58,315 nucleotides of DNA from a virus: IMG/VR virus record IMGVR_UViG_3300045988_153046, one strand, 5' to 3'. A program made the translations under genes and the position numbers. Positions 44,047 to 53,613 of the stretch are shown here, piece after piece; position 1 is the first letter of the stretch; each line of letters opens with the position of its first letter. The notes below the pieces were generated by a model. The model worked only from the letters and a program-made list of their open reading frames with translations. It did not search any database and was not told the origin of the DNA.

Positions 44047-46221
44047 ATGGATAGAGGGCTATCCCTTGATTTGAGTAGAGAGGCTGTATCTTATGATGAT
44101 ATTAGTAGCCGCCTTGCTCATAAGAAAATCAGTAATGTAGCGGTTAAGCGTAATCATAATACTCTTGTTAAGGCTCTGGAGGTAATACATGAGCTGGTAA
44201 AGAGCGGTAGGCTTAAGGCTGAGGGTGAGGTAGAAATTATCCGTACCCCTGAGAGGCTTAAGGAGTATATGGATCATGTAAAGGCTACAGGGAGAGAGTA
44301 TGTAGTAGATGTAGAGACTACAGGACTTGATGTATATAAGGATATTCTGGTGGGGATCTGTTTATTCGCTCCAGATGAGCCTAGTGCTTATGTACCCTTT
44401 AATCATACGGATCTGGAAAATAAAAGAGTGGTAGGGCAAATGACTGAGGAGGAGTGTAAGGCTGTAATGCTCCCCTATTTAGCGGATGCCTCACTAAAGG
44501 TTATCAATCACAATATCAAGTTTGATGATAAAAACTTTATTTTTCAGTGGGGGCAAAGGATCGCGAATGTTTGGTGGGATACTGAGATAGCGGCATGGGT
44601 GCTCAATGAAAATGAGAAACACGGATTAAAGCCGCTGTATAACAAGTATATCCTTGAGGGTGAGGGATCAGATGAGGATTTTGGAGATCTGTTTGAGGGT
44701 ATTCCCGCTAACTACATTCCCATTGATATATTTGGTATTTATGGTGCTAATGATGGTTTCAAAACATGGGCTCTTTATCAGTTTCAAAAAGAGTATTTGA
44801 GAGAGGATGCTGAGAGAAAAGACTATCAGCGGCTTTATTGGGTTTTTCGTAATGTTGAGATGCCTTTGATTGATGTATGTGCAGATATGGAGCTCAGGGG
44901 TGTAGAGATCAGAGAGGATTATGCTAAAGAGCTCTCAGAGATTTTCAATAAGGAAATGCATGAGGCAGAGGATAAGTGTGATGAGTATGTAAAGGGCTTT
45001 GAGGAATTTATCAAAGATCATCCTACTCTGATGAGGCTTACTAAAGGTACTTGTAAAATCAATTACAATTCTCCCTCTCAGGTGGCTTGTTTGCTTTATG
45101 ATGTGTTTGGGCTTAAGAGTGTGAGCCGCAAAGAGCCTAGAGGCACTGAAGATAAGATTATCCAGCAACATAGGCGCAAGGCAAAAAAGGCGGGCACTAA
45201 AAAGGGAGAGCGGTTTGTAGAATTTCTGGATAACTACCAGAGATACAAAGAATGCGGAAAGCTCTTAGGTACTTACATTGATAAGATACCCGCTGTGAAA
45301 GATGAAAAAACAAATGCGGTACATACTACTTTTAATCAGTATGGAGCTCGTACAGGCAGATTTAGTAGCTCTGATAGTGTTACTAAGGTAAACCTACAGA
45401 ACATCCCTAGCCATGAGAAACGGATTAGAAAGATTTTTAGGGCTAGAGAGGGGTATAAGCTGGTAGGCGGAGATTTTAGCCAGATTGAGCCTAGAGTACT
45501 TGCCTATGTATCTGGTGATGAGAATATGATAGAGGCTTACAGAGAGGGTAAGGATCTGTATGCAATCATGGGATCTAGGGTGTATGGTGTGCCTTATGAT
45601 GAGTGTAGAGAGTTTTATCCTGATGGTACTGTAAATCCTGAGGGTAAAGAGAGGCGCACTACTATGAAAAGTGTGCTCTTAGGTATCATGTATGAGCGTG
45701 GAGCGGCGGCTATTGGAGAGCAATTTGATAAGAGTGCTCAGTGGGCTCAGGAGCTTATTGATAGCTTTTATAAGAGTTTTCCAAAGGTGGCTCAGCTCAG
45801 GCTTAAGATTGAAAAGATGGCGGAGGAGTACGGCTATGTTACTACTATTTGTGGTAGAAAGCGGAGGCTCCCTGATATGCAGATACCAGATAGGGATGAT
45901 TATAAGTATCAGGAGGCTCATAGGCAGAGCCTTAACAGCGTGATACAGGGTAGCTCAGCGGATATTATGAAATTGGCTATGATCGCTATCTATAACGATC
46001 CTCAGTATAAAGATCTGGATTGTCACATGGTTATTACAGTGCATGATGAGCTTATTATGGAAGTACCTGTAGAGAATGTAAAAGCTGGGGCAGATCTCTT
46101 AGTATCCGTTATGAAAAGAGTGGGGCATGAGCTTATTGAGTTGCCTATGAGCGTGGATGCTGAGGTTACCGATTACTGGTATGGAGAAAACCTTGCAGAC
46201 GATTTTTTAGAGGAGGAGTAA
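44047..46221 (+). CDS. Family A DNA polymerase with a 3'-5' exonuclease domain
   Basis: Exo I VVDVETTGLD; motif A GGDFSQIEPRVLA; motif B RRTTMKSVLLGIMY; motif C ITVHDELIME. Confidence 0.95.
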   Translation: MDRGLSLDLSREAVSYDDISSRLAHKKISNVAVKRNHNTLVKALEVIHELVKSGRLKAEGEVEIIRTPERLKEYMDHVKATGREYVVDVETTGLDVYKDILVGICLFAPDEPSAYVPFNHTDLENKRVVGQMTEEECKAVMLPYLADASLKVINHNIKFDDKNFIFQWGQRIANVWWDTEIAAWVLNENEKHGLKPLYNKYILEGEGSDEDFGDLFEGIPANYIPIDIFGIYGANDGFKTWALYQFQKEYLREDAERKDYQRLYWVFRNVEMPLIDVCADMELRGVEIREDYAKELSEIFNKEMHEAEDKCDEYVKGFEEFIKDHPTLMRLTKGTCKINYNSPSQVACLLYDVFGLKSVSRKEPRGTEDKIIQQHRRKAKKAGTKKGERFVEFLDNYQRYKECGKLLGTYIDKIPAVKDEKTNAVHTTFNQYGARTGRFSSSDSVTKVNLQNIPSHEKRIRKIFRAREGYKLVGGDFSQIEPRVLAYVSGDENMIEAYREGKDLYAIMGSRVYGVPYDECREFYPDGTVNPEGKERRTTMKSVLLGIMYERGAAAIGEQFDKSAQWAQELIDSFYKSFPKVAQLRLKIEKMAEEYGYVTTICGRKRRLPDMQIPDRDDYKYQEAHRQSLNSVIQGSSADIMKLAMIAIYNDPQYKDLDCHMVITVHDELIMEVPVENVKAGADLLVSVMKRVGHELIELPMSVDAEVTDYWYGENLADDFLEEE

Positions 46222-46253
46222 AGATGAGTATGTTGGAATGAGCTAAAAAAGAA

Positions 46254-46880
46254 GTGGAAATAGCCAGCAAGAGGGAAAGAGGAGATAAGCCTGATGGTGA
46301 GTTTGATTATGGCTGTGCTTGCTATAGTGGGGCTTTGGAGGCGTTTGAGGTGCTCTGTAATCAGGGGCATAGTGGTATGAGTATTGGCTTTACAAAACAG
46401 ATCCTTAACAGGTTGATAGATGGAAAACCTCTTACTCCCATTGAAGATACTGAGGATGTATGGAATTTAACACATAGAGAGGGAAAGATTAAACATTATC
46501 AGTGTAGCCGCATGAGTAGCTTGTTTAAGGATGTATCAGAGGATGGCAAGATTACTTATTCAGATGTTAATAGAGTATGCGGGGTTGATTGTAATTCTGG
46601 GGCTACATATCACTCAGGGTTAGTAAGTAGGGTGGTTAATGAAATGTACCCTATCCAGATGCCCTATATTCCAAAATCTCCTTATAGAGTGTTTTGTGAG
46701 GATTTTCTAACTGATAAGAAAAATGGAGATTTTGATACGGTTGGTATTTTTTATTTAATTGATCCTGATGGGGAGAGAGTGGAAATAAACCGATTTTTTA
46801 AGGAGAGTAGCTTAGGGTTTTCGGAGATCTCTAAAGATGAGTATATGGAAAGAAAGAGTAATAGAATAGCGTTAAAGTAG
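46254..46880 (+). CDS. Hypothetical protein
   Basis: Long ORF on the coding strand; GTG start uncertain. Confidence 0.5.
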   Translation: MEIASKRERGDKPDGEFDYGCACYSGALEAFEVLCNQGHSGMSIGFTKQILNRLIDGKPLTPIEDTEDVWNLTHREGKIKHYQCSRMSSLFKDVSEDGKITYSDVNRVCGVDCNSGATYHSGLVSRVVNEMYPIQMPYIPKSPYRVFCEDFLTDKKNGDFDTVGIFYLIDPDGERVEINRFFKESSLGFSEISKDEYMERKSNRIALK

Positions 46881-46911
46881 TCTAAAATGAGCCTCCCTTT
46901 GTGATTAAGAT
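46881..46911 (+). promoter_or_regulatory. Bipartite motif copy 9
   Basis: TCTAAAAT-N12-GTGATTAAGAT; the spacer forms a perfect 12-bp stem with the methylase RBS. Confidence 0.6.
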
Positions 46912-46937
46912 CGGTAAACACAAAGGGAGGTATAGTT

Positions 46938-47492
46938 TTGAAAGTAGACATTTTTAGAACGGATAAAAAATACGGCGTGATTTATGCAGATCCAGCATGG
47001 ACTTACAGAGATAAAGCCCTTGCGGGTAATCGTGGAGCGGGTTGCAAATATCCTGTTATGAGTTTAGAGGATATTTGTAGATTGCCTGTAAAAGATCTGG
47101 CGGCGGATGATTGTGTATTGTTTTTGTGGGTTACTATGCCTAAGCTAAATGAGGCTTTTGATGTAATGAAAGCGTGGGGGTTTGAGTACAAAACTTGCGC
47201 TTTTACATGGGTTAAGCAAAACAGAAAATCAGATCGCCTTTTTTGGGGTATGGGGAGGTGGACTAGAGCTAATGCGGAGTTGTGCCTGTTAGGTACTAAG
47301 GGAAAACCTAAAAGAGAGGATGCTGGGGTACATAGTGTTATTATTTCTCATGTTGAGGAGCATAGCAAAAAGCCAGCAGAAACAAGAGATCGCATTGTAA
47401 GGCTATTAGGTGCGGGGGAGGGCATACAAAAGATAGAGCTTTTTGCAAGGCAGACAGTAGAGGGCTGGGATTGCTGGGGGAATGAGGTATAG
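46938..47492 (+). CDS. MT-A70-family N6-adenine DNA methyltransferase
   Basis: VIYADPAWTY (DPPW motif), EHSKKP; TTG start after AAGGGAGG. Confidence 0.88.
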   Translation: MKVDIFRTDKKYGVIYADPAWTYRDKALAGNRGAGCKYPVMSLEDICRLPVKDLAADDCVLFLWVTMPKLNEAFDVMKAWGFEYKTCAFTWVKQNRKSDRLFWGMGRWTRANAELCLLGTKGKPKREDAGVHSVIISHVEEHSKKPAETRDRIVRLLGAGEGIQKIELFARQTVEGWDCWGNEV

Positions 47493-47495
47493 AGT

Positions 47496-47777
47496 ATGAG
47501 AGTGTACATAGCTGGAGCAATGACAGGAATATTTTATTATAAAAAGCCCTTTATGGAGGCAGAAAAGGATCTTAAGGGGCTGGGGCATATCGTAGTTAAT
47601 CCCGCATATTTATCAGAGGGCTTAGCTGATTACTTTGAAATCAATAAAGCTATGATAGATCAGTGTGATGCTATCTATGTGCTAGAGGGCTGGGAGAAGT
47701 CTATAGGCACTAAAAAGGAAATTGAATATTGTAAGAGTAAAGGCTGGAAAGATGCGGTGCAGATTATTTACCAGTGA
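47496..47777 (+). CDS. DUF4406 / nucleoside 2-deoxyribosyltransferase-like protein
   Basis: MRVYIAGAMTG...VVNPA...QCDAIYVLEGWEKSIGTKKE. Confidence 0.7.
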   Translation: MRVYIAGAMTGIFYYKKPFMEAEKDLKGLGHIVVNPAYLSEGLADYFEINKAMIDQCDAIYVLEGWEKSIGTKKEIEYCKSKGWKDAVQIIYQ

Positions 47778-47810
47778 TAGAGGAGGGGCTGTAGAGGCTC
47801 CTCTTTCTTT

Positions 47811-47841
47811 TCTAAAAATCTGGGCGGTATCTGATTAGGTT
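47811..47841 (+). promoter_or_regulatory. Bipartite motif copy 10
   Basis: TCTAAAAA-N12-CTGATTAGGTT after a terminator-like hairpin. Confidence 0.6.
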
Positions 47842-47868
47842 TGTTATCAGAAAACAGGAGGGCAAAGG

Positions 47869-48876
47869 ATGGGCTTAAAGAGTTTAATTAAAGTGGCTGA
47901 GGGTAAAAATGCCGCTAATGTATCATTTGAGGATAAGTTTATTAAGGAGTATAAGGCGGCTGTACAGCGGCAGGAGGAAAGAGAGAGGCAAGTATATCCC
48001 TCTGATTATTTCCGTCCTAGCTCTATGTATGGCTGTGAGAGAATGTTATTTTTTCAGCGTATCCATAGCGGCTCTAGTAATGGAGATCAGATGGATACTA
48101 ATCTTATTGAGATCTGTAATAGCGGTACAGATAGGCACTTACGCATACAGCACTTAGTAGAGGATATGGAGGGTGTTGAGTGCTTAGATCTTGAGGATGC
48201 AGTAAAAGAGGCTCAGCAAAAAGGAATTAAAACAGAGTTTGTAGGCTGGAATGAGGATCACACAGAGGCTAGATGTAAAAATGATGAGCTCCATATTTTC
48301 TTTCAACCTGATGGGGTTATTCATTTTTTGGGGCGTGATGCGATCTTAGAAATCAAAACAGAGAGTACTTATCAGCACTCTAACCGCTATGAGCCTAAAG
48401 AGGATCATAAGTATCAGGCTACTTGTTATGGTATGGGGCTTGGTATTGATTATGTTCTTTTCCTGTATGAGGATCGTAATTTTTGCGGGAAAAAGGCTTA
48501 TCTCTGGAAAATTACTGATGAGATGAAAGCTACAGTACTCAGTAAGATCCAGAGGGTTACTAAGGCTATTGAGATTGGTATCCCTCCTGAGAAAGATGAG
48601 AATAAATGTACCTATTGTATGTACAAGCATGAGTGTAAGCTAGCGGATGCTGGTAAGTGGGTAGATCCTAGAGAGCCTAAAGAAAAGCCTAAAAAAGCCG
48701 CTAAGAGCACTAAAAAGGCGGCGGCAAGTAAATCTACTGCTAAGAAATTAAAGGCGGCTACAGAGGGCAAGAAAGCCTCTACAGCTACTATTAAAAAGGC
48801 TTTGAAAGAGCAAGAGGAGAGAGAGATGAGCAGAGCCCTTTTAGAGGCTCAGATTGGAGAGGAGGTAAATTATTGA
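47869..48876 (+). CDS. Cas4/RecB-like PD-(D/E)XK exonuclease with a Lys/Ala-rich C-terminal tail
   Basis: N-terminal Cys (MYGCERM), D...EIK core (DAILEIKTE), YQATCY, C-terminal CTYCMYKHEC cluster, then KEKPKKAAKSTKKAAASKSTAKKLKA. Confidence 0.7.
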   Translation: MGLKSLIKVAEGKNAANVSFEDKFIKEYKAAVQRQEERERQVYPSDYFRPSSMYGCERMLFFQRIHSGSSNGDQMDTNLIEICNSGTDRHLRIQHLVEDMEGVECLDLEDAVKEAQQKGIKTEFVGWNEDHTEARCKNDELHIFFQPDGVIHFLGRDAILEIKTESTYQHSNRYEPKEDHKYQATCYGMGLGIDYVLFLYEDRNFCGKKAYLWKITDEMKATVLSKIQRVTKAIEIGIPPEKDENKCTYCMYKHECKLADAGKWVDPREPKEKPKKAAKSTKKAAASKSTAKKLKAATEGKKASTATIKKALKEQEEREMSRALLEAQIGEEVNY

Positions 48877-49367
48877 TGCCTACTAATTTAGGTAAAGTTT
48901 TTGAGGCAGAGATAAAAGCCTCTATTCCCTCTGATTTTTATGTAGAACGATACAAAGATGATACCTCTGGTTTTCATGGGGTTACTAATCCAGCGGATTT
49001 TAGGCTCTATAAATACCCTCTTACCTTTTTACTGGAGCTGAAAACACATAAGGGCAAGAGTATCCCATTGGCAAAGATAAGAGATAATCAGGTAAAGGGT
49101 ATGTATCAAGCCTCTCAGCACAAAGGGATCTATTGTGGGTTTATCCTCAATTACAGGGATATAGAGGAAACTTATTACATAACAGTAGCTCAGATGGCGG
49201 ATTTTATCTGTGCTGGAGAGAGAAAGAGTATCCCTGTAGATTGGTGTAGAGAGAACGGCGTACAGATAGCTCAGCATAAGAAAAGGGTTAGATATACCTA
49301 TGATTTAAGAGAATGGCTAGGGCGGTATTTCTCTTATTGGAATGAGCATAAGGAGGCGTTTTTATGA
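48873..49367 (+). CDS. RecU-like Holliday junction resolvase (putative)
   Basis: PADFRLY...LLELKTHKG matches a D-x(n)-E-x-K nuclease core; recombination-module context. Confidence 0.55.
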   Translation: MMPTNLGKVFEAEIKASIPSDFYVERYKDDTSGFHGVTNPADFRLYKYPLTFLLELKTHKGKSIPLAKIRDNQVKGMYQASQHKGIYCGFILNYRDIEETYYITVAQMADFICAGERKSIPVDWCRENGVQIAQHKKRVRYTYDLREWLGRYFSYWNEHKEAFL

Positions 49368-49564
49368 GTGATAAAAGATGTAAAGGTTATGTAGGGGTAG
49401 CCTGTGTAGACGGGAGTTGCCCTATGGCTAATAGGGATGAGTATGAGGATTACTGTACCCCTATTGTAAATAGTTGTGATGAGTGCGGTTGTTATAAAGG
49501 TTGTGAGGATTGTGCTTTGTTTGGTACAGAGTATTGTATAAAGGAGGGTGGTAAGGATGTATAA
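49364..49564 (+). CDS. Cysteine-rich small protein
   Basis: 11 Cys in 66 aa. Confidence 0.45.
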   Translation: MSDKRCKGYVGVACVDGSCPMANRDEYEDYCTPIVNSCDECGCYKGCEDCALFGTEYCIKEGGKDV

Positions 49565-49880
49565 AGACAGTTTAGGAAAAGTGTACGTAGAGATCATTGA
49601 TGCAATTTTACAAAAAGAGGGGTTTACTAGATGGTCTACGGAAAGATCGGAAAACTGTGTAGAATATCATTATTGGGATAATTTTTATGGGATAAATCTT
49701 TGGGTTAATCCTGATACTGAGGAGTTTAGATTTGAGTGGGCAGTACCTTGTACAATTTTTTCTATTAAATGCCCTAAGTGCTCTCCTATTACAAATGCAG
49801 AGCATTTTACAAAAATGCTTTTTAGATTTAGAGAGTGCGTAAAAATTATGAAAGAGGGGCTAAGAAATGGTACAGAGTGA
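49557..49880 (+). CDS. Hypothetical protein
   Basis: ATG after AAGGAGGG. Confidence 0.45.
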   Translation: MYKDSLGKVYVEIIDAILQKEGFTRWSTERSENCVEYHYWDNFYGINLWVNPDTEEFRFEWAVPCTIFSIKCPKCSPITNAEHFTKMLFRFRECVKIMKEGLRNGTE

Positions 49881-50415
49881 TAGGCTTAAAGCCATTATTA
49901 AAGAGGTACAAGAGGAGAGTACCCCTGTTATCCAGCTCTCTAATAAGCTCATAGAAGATTTTAGCAAAGAGCTTGATAGTGCTATCTCTGAGTTAAATAT
50001 GATTATGGAGAGTATAGGGGAAAACAGTATAGATGATATTCCTGATACTCAGATTGAGTATTACTGTGTTAAGATCCCCTCTCTGATGTACTATGCAGGG
50101 CAAAGGGTTGAGGAGCTGGGGATGCAGTCTGATTTAGCCGCAAATGATAATAAAGTAGCTCTTAATGAGGCTTTGCTTAAGGTGAGCGGTACAGTAGTAG
50201 AGAAAAAGGCAAGGGCTGAAAAAATCACAGAGGATAAGGCTCTGGTAGCGGCTATTTATAAGAGAGCCTACAATACTCTAAAGGTTAAGCTGGAGATGGC
50301 TGAAAAGATATACAGCGGATTAAAGAAAGCCCTCAGTAAGAGGATTGCTGAGGTGGATCTGGATCGCTTTAGTAAAGACCGATACACAAGAGAAAGGGTT
50401 GAGGATGATGAGTAA
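49867..50415 (+). CDS. Hypothetical coiled-coil protein
   Basis: ORF in the operon. Confidence 0.45.
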   Translation: MVQSDRLKAIIKEVQEESTPVIQLSNKLIEDFSKELDSAISELNMIMESIGENSIDDIPDTQIEYYCVKIPSLMYYAGQRVEELGMQSDLAANDNKVALNEALLKVSGTVVEKKARAEKITEDKALVAAIYKRAYNTLKVKLEMAEKIYSGLKKALSKRIAEVDLDRFSKDRYTRERVEDDE

Positions 50416-50839
50416 ATCAGATTTAGAGGATATGTATCATACTTGCAGATGGTGTAAGTATTATCAGGACGGTAAGTGTGTTCATGAGGCTTTTGCTGGT
50501 ACTCAGATTGATGTTGCTGGTATATATCAGGTGGCGGAGGATGGTAGGCTCTCAGGAGTAATAGAGGAAACATTGAATAGTGTAGATACCTCTAAAATGG
50601 AGAGTGATCTGGGGAGCGTGCTTAAGAGCTTTAATCTTAGCGATAAGAGGATCAAAGGATTTTTTGAGGCTTTTGGTGATTGCCTTGTTGAGTTTTTTGA
50701 TGGGGTGTGCAAAGAGGCTCTTGATGAGGCTGTATCAAGACTATATCAGAGTGATGCAGAGCAAAGGAGTAAAGAGGCTGAGGGTGGCGGCGTTGAGATT
50801 GCCGATCCTCATAGCTTTTACTGTAAGGAGTTTTTCTAA
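50405..50839 (+). CDS. Hypothetical Cys-containing protein
   Basis: ATG pair at 50405/50408; CRWCKYYQDGKC. Confidence 0.45.
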   Translation: MMSKSDLEDMYHTCRWCKYYQDGKCVHEAFAGTQIDVAGIYQVAEDGRLSGVIEETLNSVDTSKMESDLGSVLKSFNLSDKRIKGFFEAFGDCLVEFFDGVCKEALDEAVSRLYQSDAEQRSKEAEGGGVEIADPHSFYCKEFF

Positions 50840-51012
50840 TGGCAGTAATTAAAGGGATTGCTATAGCGGTGCTGGTGGTAGTACTTGTTTTTATCGTCTT
50901 TCTGGTAGTGGTAATGGCGTACAGTACTTATCTAAGTATCCCTTATGATGAGTGGGTAGAAAGCGATAAAAAGAAAAGAGGTAAGAAATATGGGAGAAAC
51001 AGTGATAGATAA
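50839..51012 (+). CDS. Small single-pass membrane protein (57 aa)
   Basis: TAATG coupling; a 20-residue hydrophobic helix followed by a basic tail. Confidence 0.4.
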   Translation: MAVIKGIAIAVLVVVLVFIVFLVVVMAYSTYLSIPYDEWVESDKKKRGKKYGRNSDR

Positions 51013-51244
51013 GCTTAATACCTTTTTGGGTGAGCTGGAGCAAAGAGGTATCGAGATAAGCGGAGAAACTTGCTTTATTTGTAATGATGGGGCGGTTTTG
51101 TTTGTACCTAATGAGGGAGGTGCTGTAGATATTACAGTAGTGAGAAATCCAGTACCTATTGATTATACTTTAGGGATCACTGATGAGGACGCTAAGCTCT
51201 GGGAAACTACAGAGGGGCTAATGAATGAATTAGGAGGAGACTAA
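50990..51244 (+). CDS. Hypothetical protein
   Basis: ORF in the operon. Confidence 0.45.
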   Translation: MGETVIDKLNTFLGELEQRGIEISGETCFICNDGAVLFVPNEGGAVDITVVRNPVPIDYTLGITDEDAKLWETTEGLMNELGGD

Positions 51245-51245
51245 A

Positions 51246-51698
51246 ATGCAGATTGAAGTAAACGGAATGATTATGGAGTTTGATGAGAAATTGTTGCTTA
51301 AGCAAGAAATCAAAGTAGGCGATAATGTACAGGTACTCAAAAAGGGCTACTCTAGCTATGAGTGTTATGCTGGTGTTATTACTCAGCTCTTACCTTTTAA
51401 GGACAAGCCAGCAATGGAGGTTATGTATCTTGAAAATGGCTATTCTAATTGCGAGATTAAAAAGCTGGTAATAGTGCAGGGGGCAGAGGGAGAGGATACT
51501 CCAAAGATTATTAAAATGGATGATAAGTTTCTACCATTCACAAAAGAGCGTTGTGTGGATCTTCTCCAGCAAGATATTACAAAGAAAGAGAATGCTTTGG
51601 CAGAGGCTAGATTAAAGCTAGAGTATTTCCAGACATATTTTAATCGCTATTTTGAGGAAATCCCTAAGCAGGAGGAGGGCGGCAATGGCGGAGATTGA
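51246..51698 (+). CDS. Hypothetical protein
   Basis: ORF in the operon. Confidence 0.45.
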   Translation: MQIEVNGMIMEFDEKLLLKQEIKVGDNVQVLKKGYSSYECYAGVITQLLPFKDKPAMEVMYLENGYSNCEIKKLVIVQGAEGEDTPKIIKMDDKFLPFTKERCVDLLQQDITKKENALAEARLKLEYFQTYFNRYFEEIPKQEEGGNGGD

Positions 51699-52692
51699 TA
51701 ACCTCATAGCTGAGGTAAATAAGAAGTATAAAACAGGCATTATCAGAAAAGCCTCAGATCTTAAGAGTGTTGAGTTTATTCCATACACCTCTCCTCAGAT
51801 GAATTACATAACTAGGGGCGGAGTACCTGTAGGGCGTATGGTTGAGCTGGTGGGGTTGCCTCAGAGCGGTAAAACTACTACAGCATTAGATGTACTCTCA
51901 AACTATCAGAAAAAGTATCCTGAGCGGTATGCTGTATATCTGGATGCAGAGAACACTCTGGATAAAGACTGGGGAGAAACTCTTGGGGTAAGCTGGGAGA
52001 GTGTTATCTTAATTCAACCTGAGAGCGAGTATGGGGAGGATCTCTTAGATATGCTCTTAGATTATATCCGCTCAGGCAAGGTAGGGATGGTAGTGCTTGA
52101 TAGTGCTCCCTTTATTGTGCCAAAGGGGGTAGCGGAAAAAGGACTTGATGAGAAAAGTTACGGCGGCAATAGTGCTCTGATGAAAGCCTTTTGTGATAAG
52201 GTGATCCCTCTTTGTAAAAAGTATGAGTGTACTTTTTTACTGCTCAATCAGCTAAGGGAGAACATTGGAAATCCTTATAAGCCGTTTAAGATCCCTTGTG
52301 GTACAGCTCTTACTCATGCCTGTAGTGAGATCCTCTGGTTTACAAAAGGGGCTTTGCTGGATGAGAAATACAAAGAGGTAAGCAGTAACTACCCTAATCC
52401 TATTGGTAATCTGGTATCTGTGAAGATGGAGAAAAACAAAGTTACCAGAAATGATAGGCGGCTGGGTACATATACCCTCAATTATGAGAGAGGAGTAGAT
52501 GCTGTAAAGGATACTCTGGATTTAGGGATGGTGCTGGGTATCATTGTTCAAACTGGGGCATGGTACAAGATTACAGATACTCAGGGCAAAGAAGTAAAGC
52601 TACAGGGCTTTAGTGGGGTGCAGGATTATTACTACAATGATCTTGATGAGCTGGAGGCTCTGAAAGCTGAGGTATATGAGGCTACGAGATGA
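51685..52692 (+). CDS. RecA-family recombinase
   Basis: Walker A GLPQSGKTT, Walker B MVVLDSA, LLNQLRENIG; ATG 51685 after AGGAGGAGGG. Confidence 0.85.
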   Translation: MAEIDNLIAEVNKKYKTGIIRKASDLKSVEFIPYTSPQMNYITRGGVPVGRMVELVGLPQSGKTTTALDVLSNYQKKYPERYAVYLDAENTLDKDWGETLGVSWESVILIQPESEYGEDLLDMLLDYIRSGKVGMVVLDSAPFIVPKGVAEKGLDEKSYGGNSALMKAFCDKVIPLCKKYECTFLLLNQLRENIGNPYKPFKIPCGTALTHACSEILWFTKGALLDEKYKEVSSNYPNPIGNLVSVKMEKNKVTRNDRRLGTYTLNYERGVDAVKDTLDLGMVLGIIVQTGAWYKITDTQGKEVKLQGFSGVQDYYYNDLDELEALKAEVYEATR

Positions 52693-52695
52693 GAG

Positions 52696-52722
52696 AGGAG
52701 GGGCTGAGGCTCCTCCTTTTTT
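52696..52722 (+). terminator. Rho-independent terminator
   Basis: 9-bp stem AGGAGGGGC / GCTCCTCCT with a TGAG loop, T6. Confidence 0.8.
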
Positions 52723-52723
52723 A

Positions 52724-52754
52724 TCTAAAAAAACTCTCTTTAAGTGATTAGGTT
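52724..52754 (+). promoter_or_regulatory. Bipartite motif copy 11
   Basis: TCTAAAAA-N12-GTGATTAGGTT; a 15-bp stem links it to the RBS. Confidence 0.6.
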
Positions 52755-52781
52755 GTTTATCACTTAAGGGGAGGGATATGA

Positions 52782-53535
52782 GTGCCTACAACAATGAGTA
52801 TTGAGGAAATGCGTAAGCATGAATGGGTTGTTAGTTGGAGCGGAGGCAAAGATAGTACAGCTACTATTATTTTATGTCATAAATACGGCATACCGATTAA
52901 AAGGATTGTGTATGTTAGCATGATGTATGATGAAAAGCTCCCCGCTACTTTGCCTATTATGACAGAGTTTGTAGATAGAGCTAAAGAAGTGTTTGAGAAT
53001 TGGGGGTATCCTGTAGATATAATTGAGGGTGTATATACAGCTAAAGATTTTATCAATAAGGTTTATTTCAAGTCAAAGTATGAGTATAAAAACGGTAAAC
53101 CTTATGGGGTAAGTGCTTTTTGTAGAGCCGCTTGTAAGTTTACAGGAGTTAAATCTGCTACAATTAGGAAATCCCTAGAGGGCTCTAGCTATTATGAGAT
53201 GTTAGGTTATGCTTGTGATGAGGATGAGCGGCTTGATCGCTTGACAGAGACTAAGCAATCTATCATGGTTACTTTGGGGGGTTAAAGAAACTGATACTTT
53301 TTCTATTTGCGAAAATTATAATCTACTTTCTCCGCTGTATGGTTTAGGGTTTAGTGGGGATGGGTGTTGGTTTTGTCCTAATGCGGCAAAAGCTGAGAGA
53401 GCCTACATCAGAGACAATTATCCAGATCTTATAGCGGAGATTTTGTGGATGATTGAAATGTGTGGGTATGATGTATCCTCAATAGCTCATAGAAATCACT
53501 GGGTAGAGGATTATTATAAAGGAAAGCTCAAATAA
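52782..53535 (+). pseudogene. PAPS-reductase-family (PP-loop) protein split by a 1-nt frameshift in a G6 run
   Basis: SWSGGKDST PP-loop. The ORF stops at 53283-85, but the +1 frame continues VKETDTFSICENYNLLSPLY...GCWFCPNA to TAA 53533-35. G5 instead of G6 (53276-81) would fuse them. Confidence 0.8.
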
Positions 53536-53613
53536 GGGAGCCAGTAAAAGCGGAGAAGTTTTAAGCTCTCTGCTTTTATAGTAAAAAATATATAAGGGAT
53601 ATATAAAAAGTGC

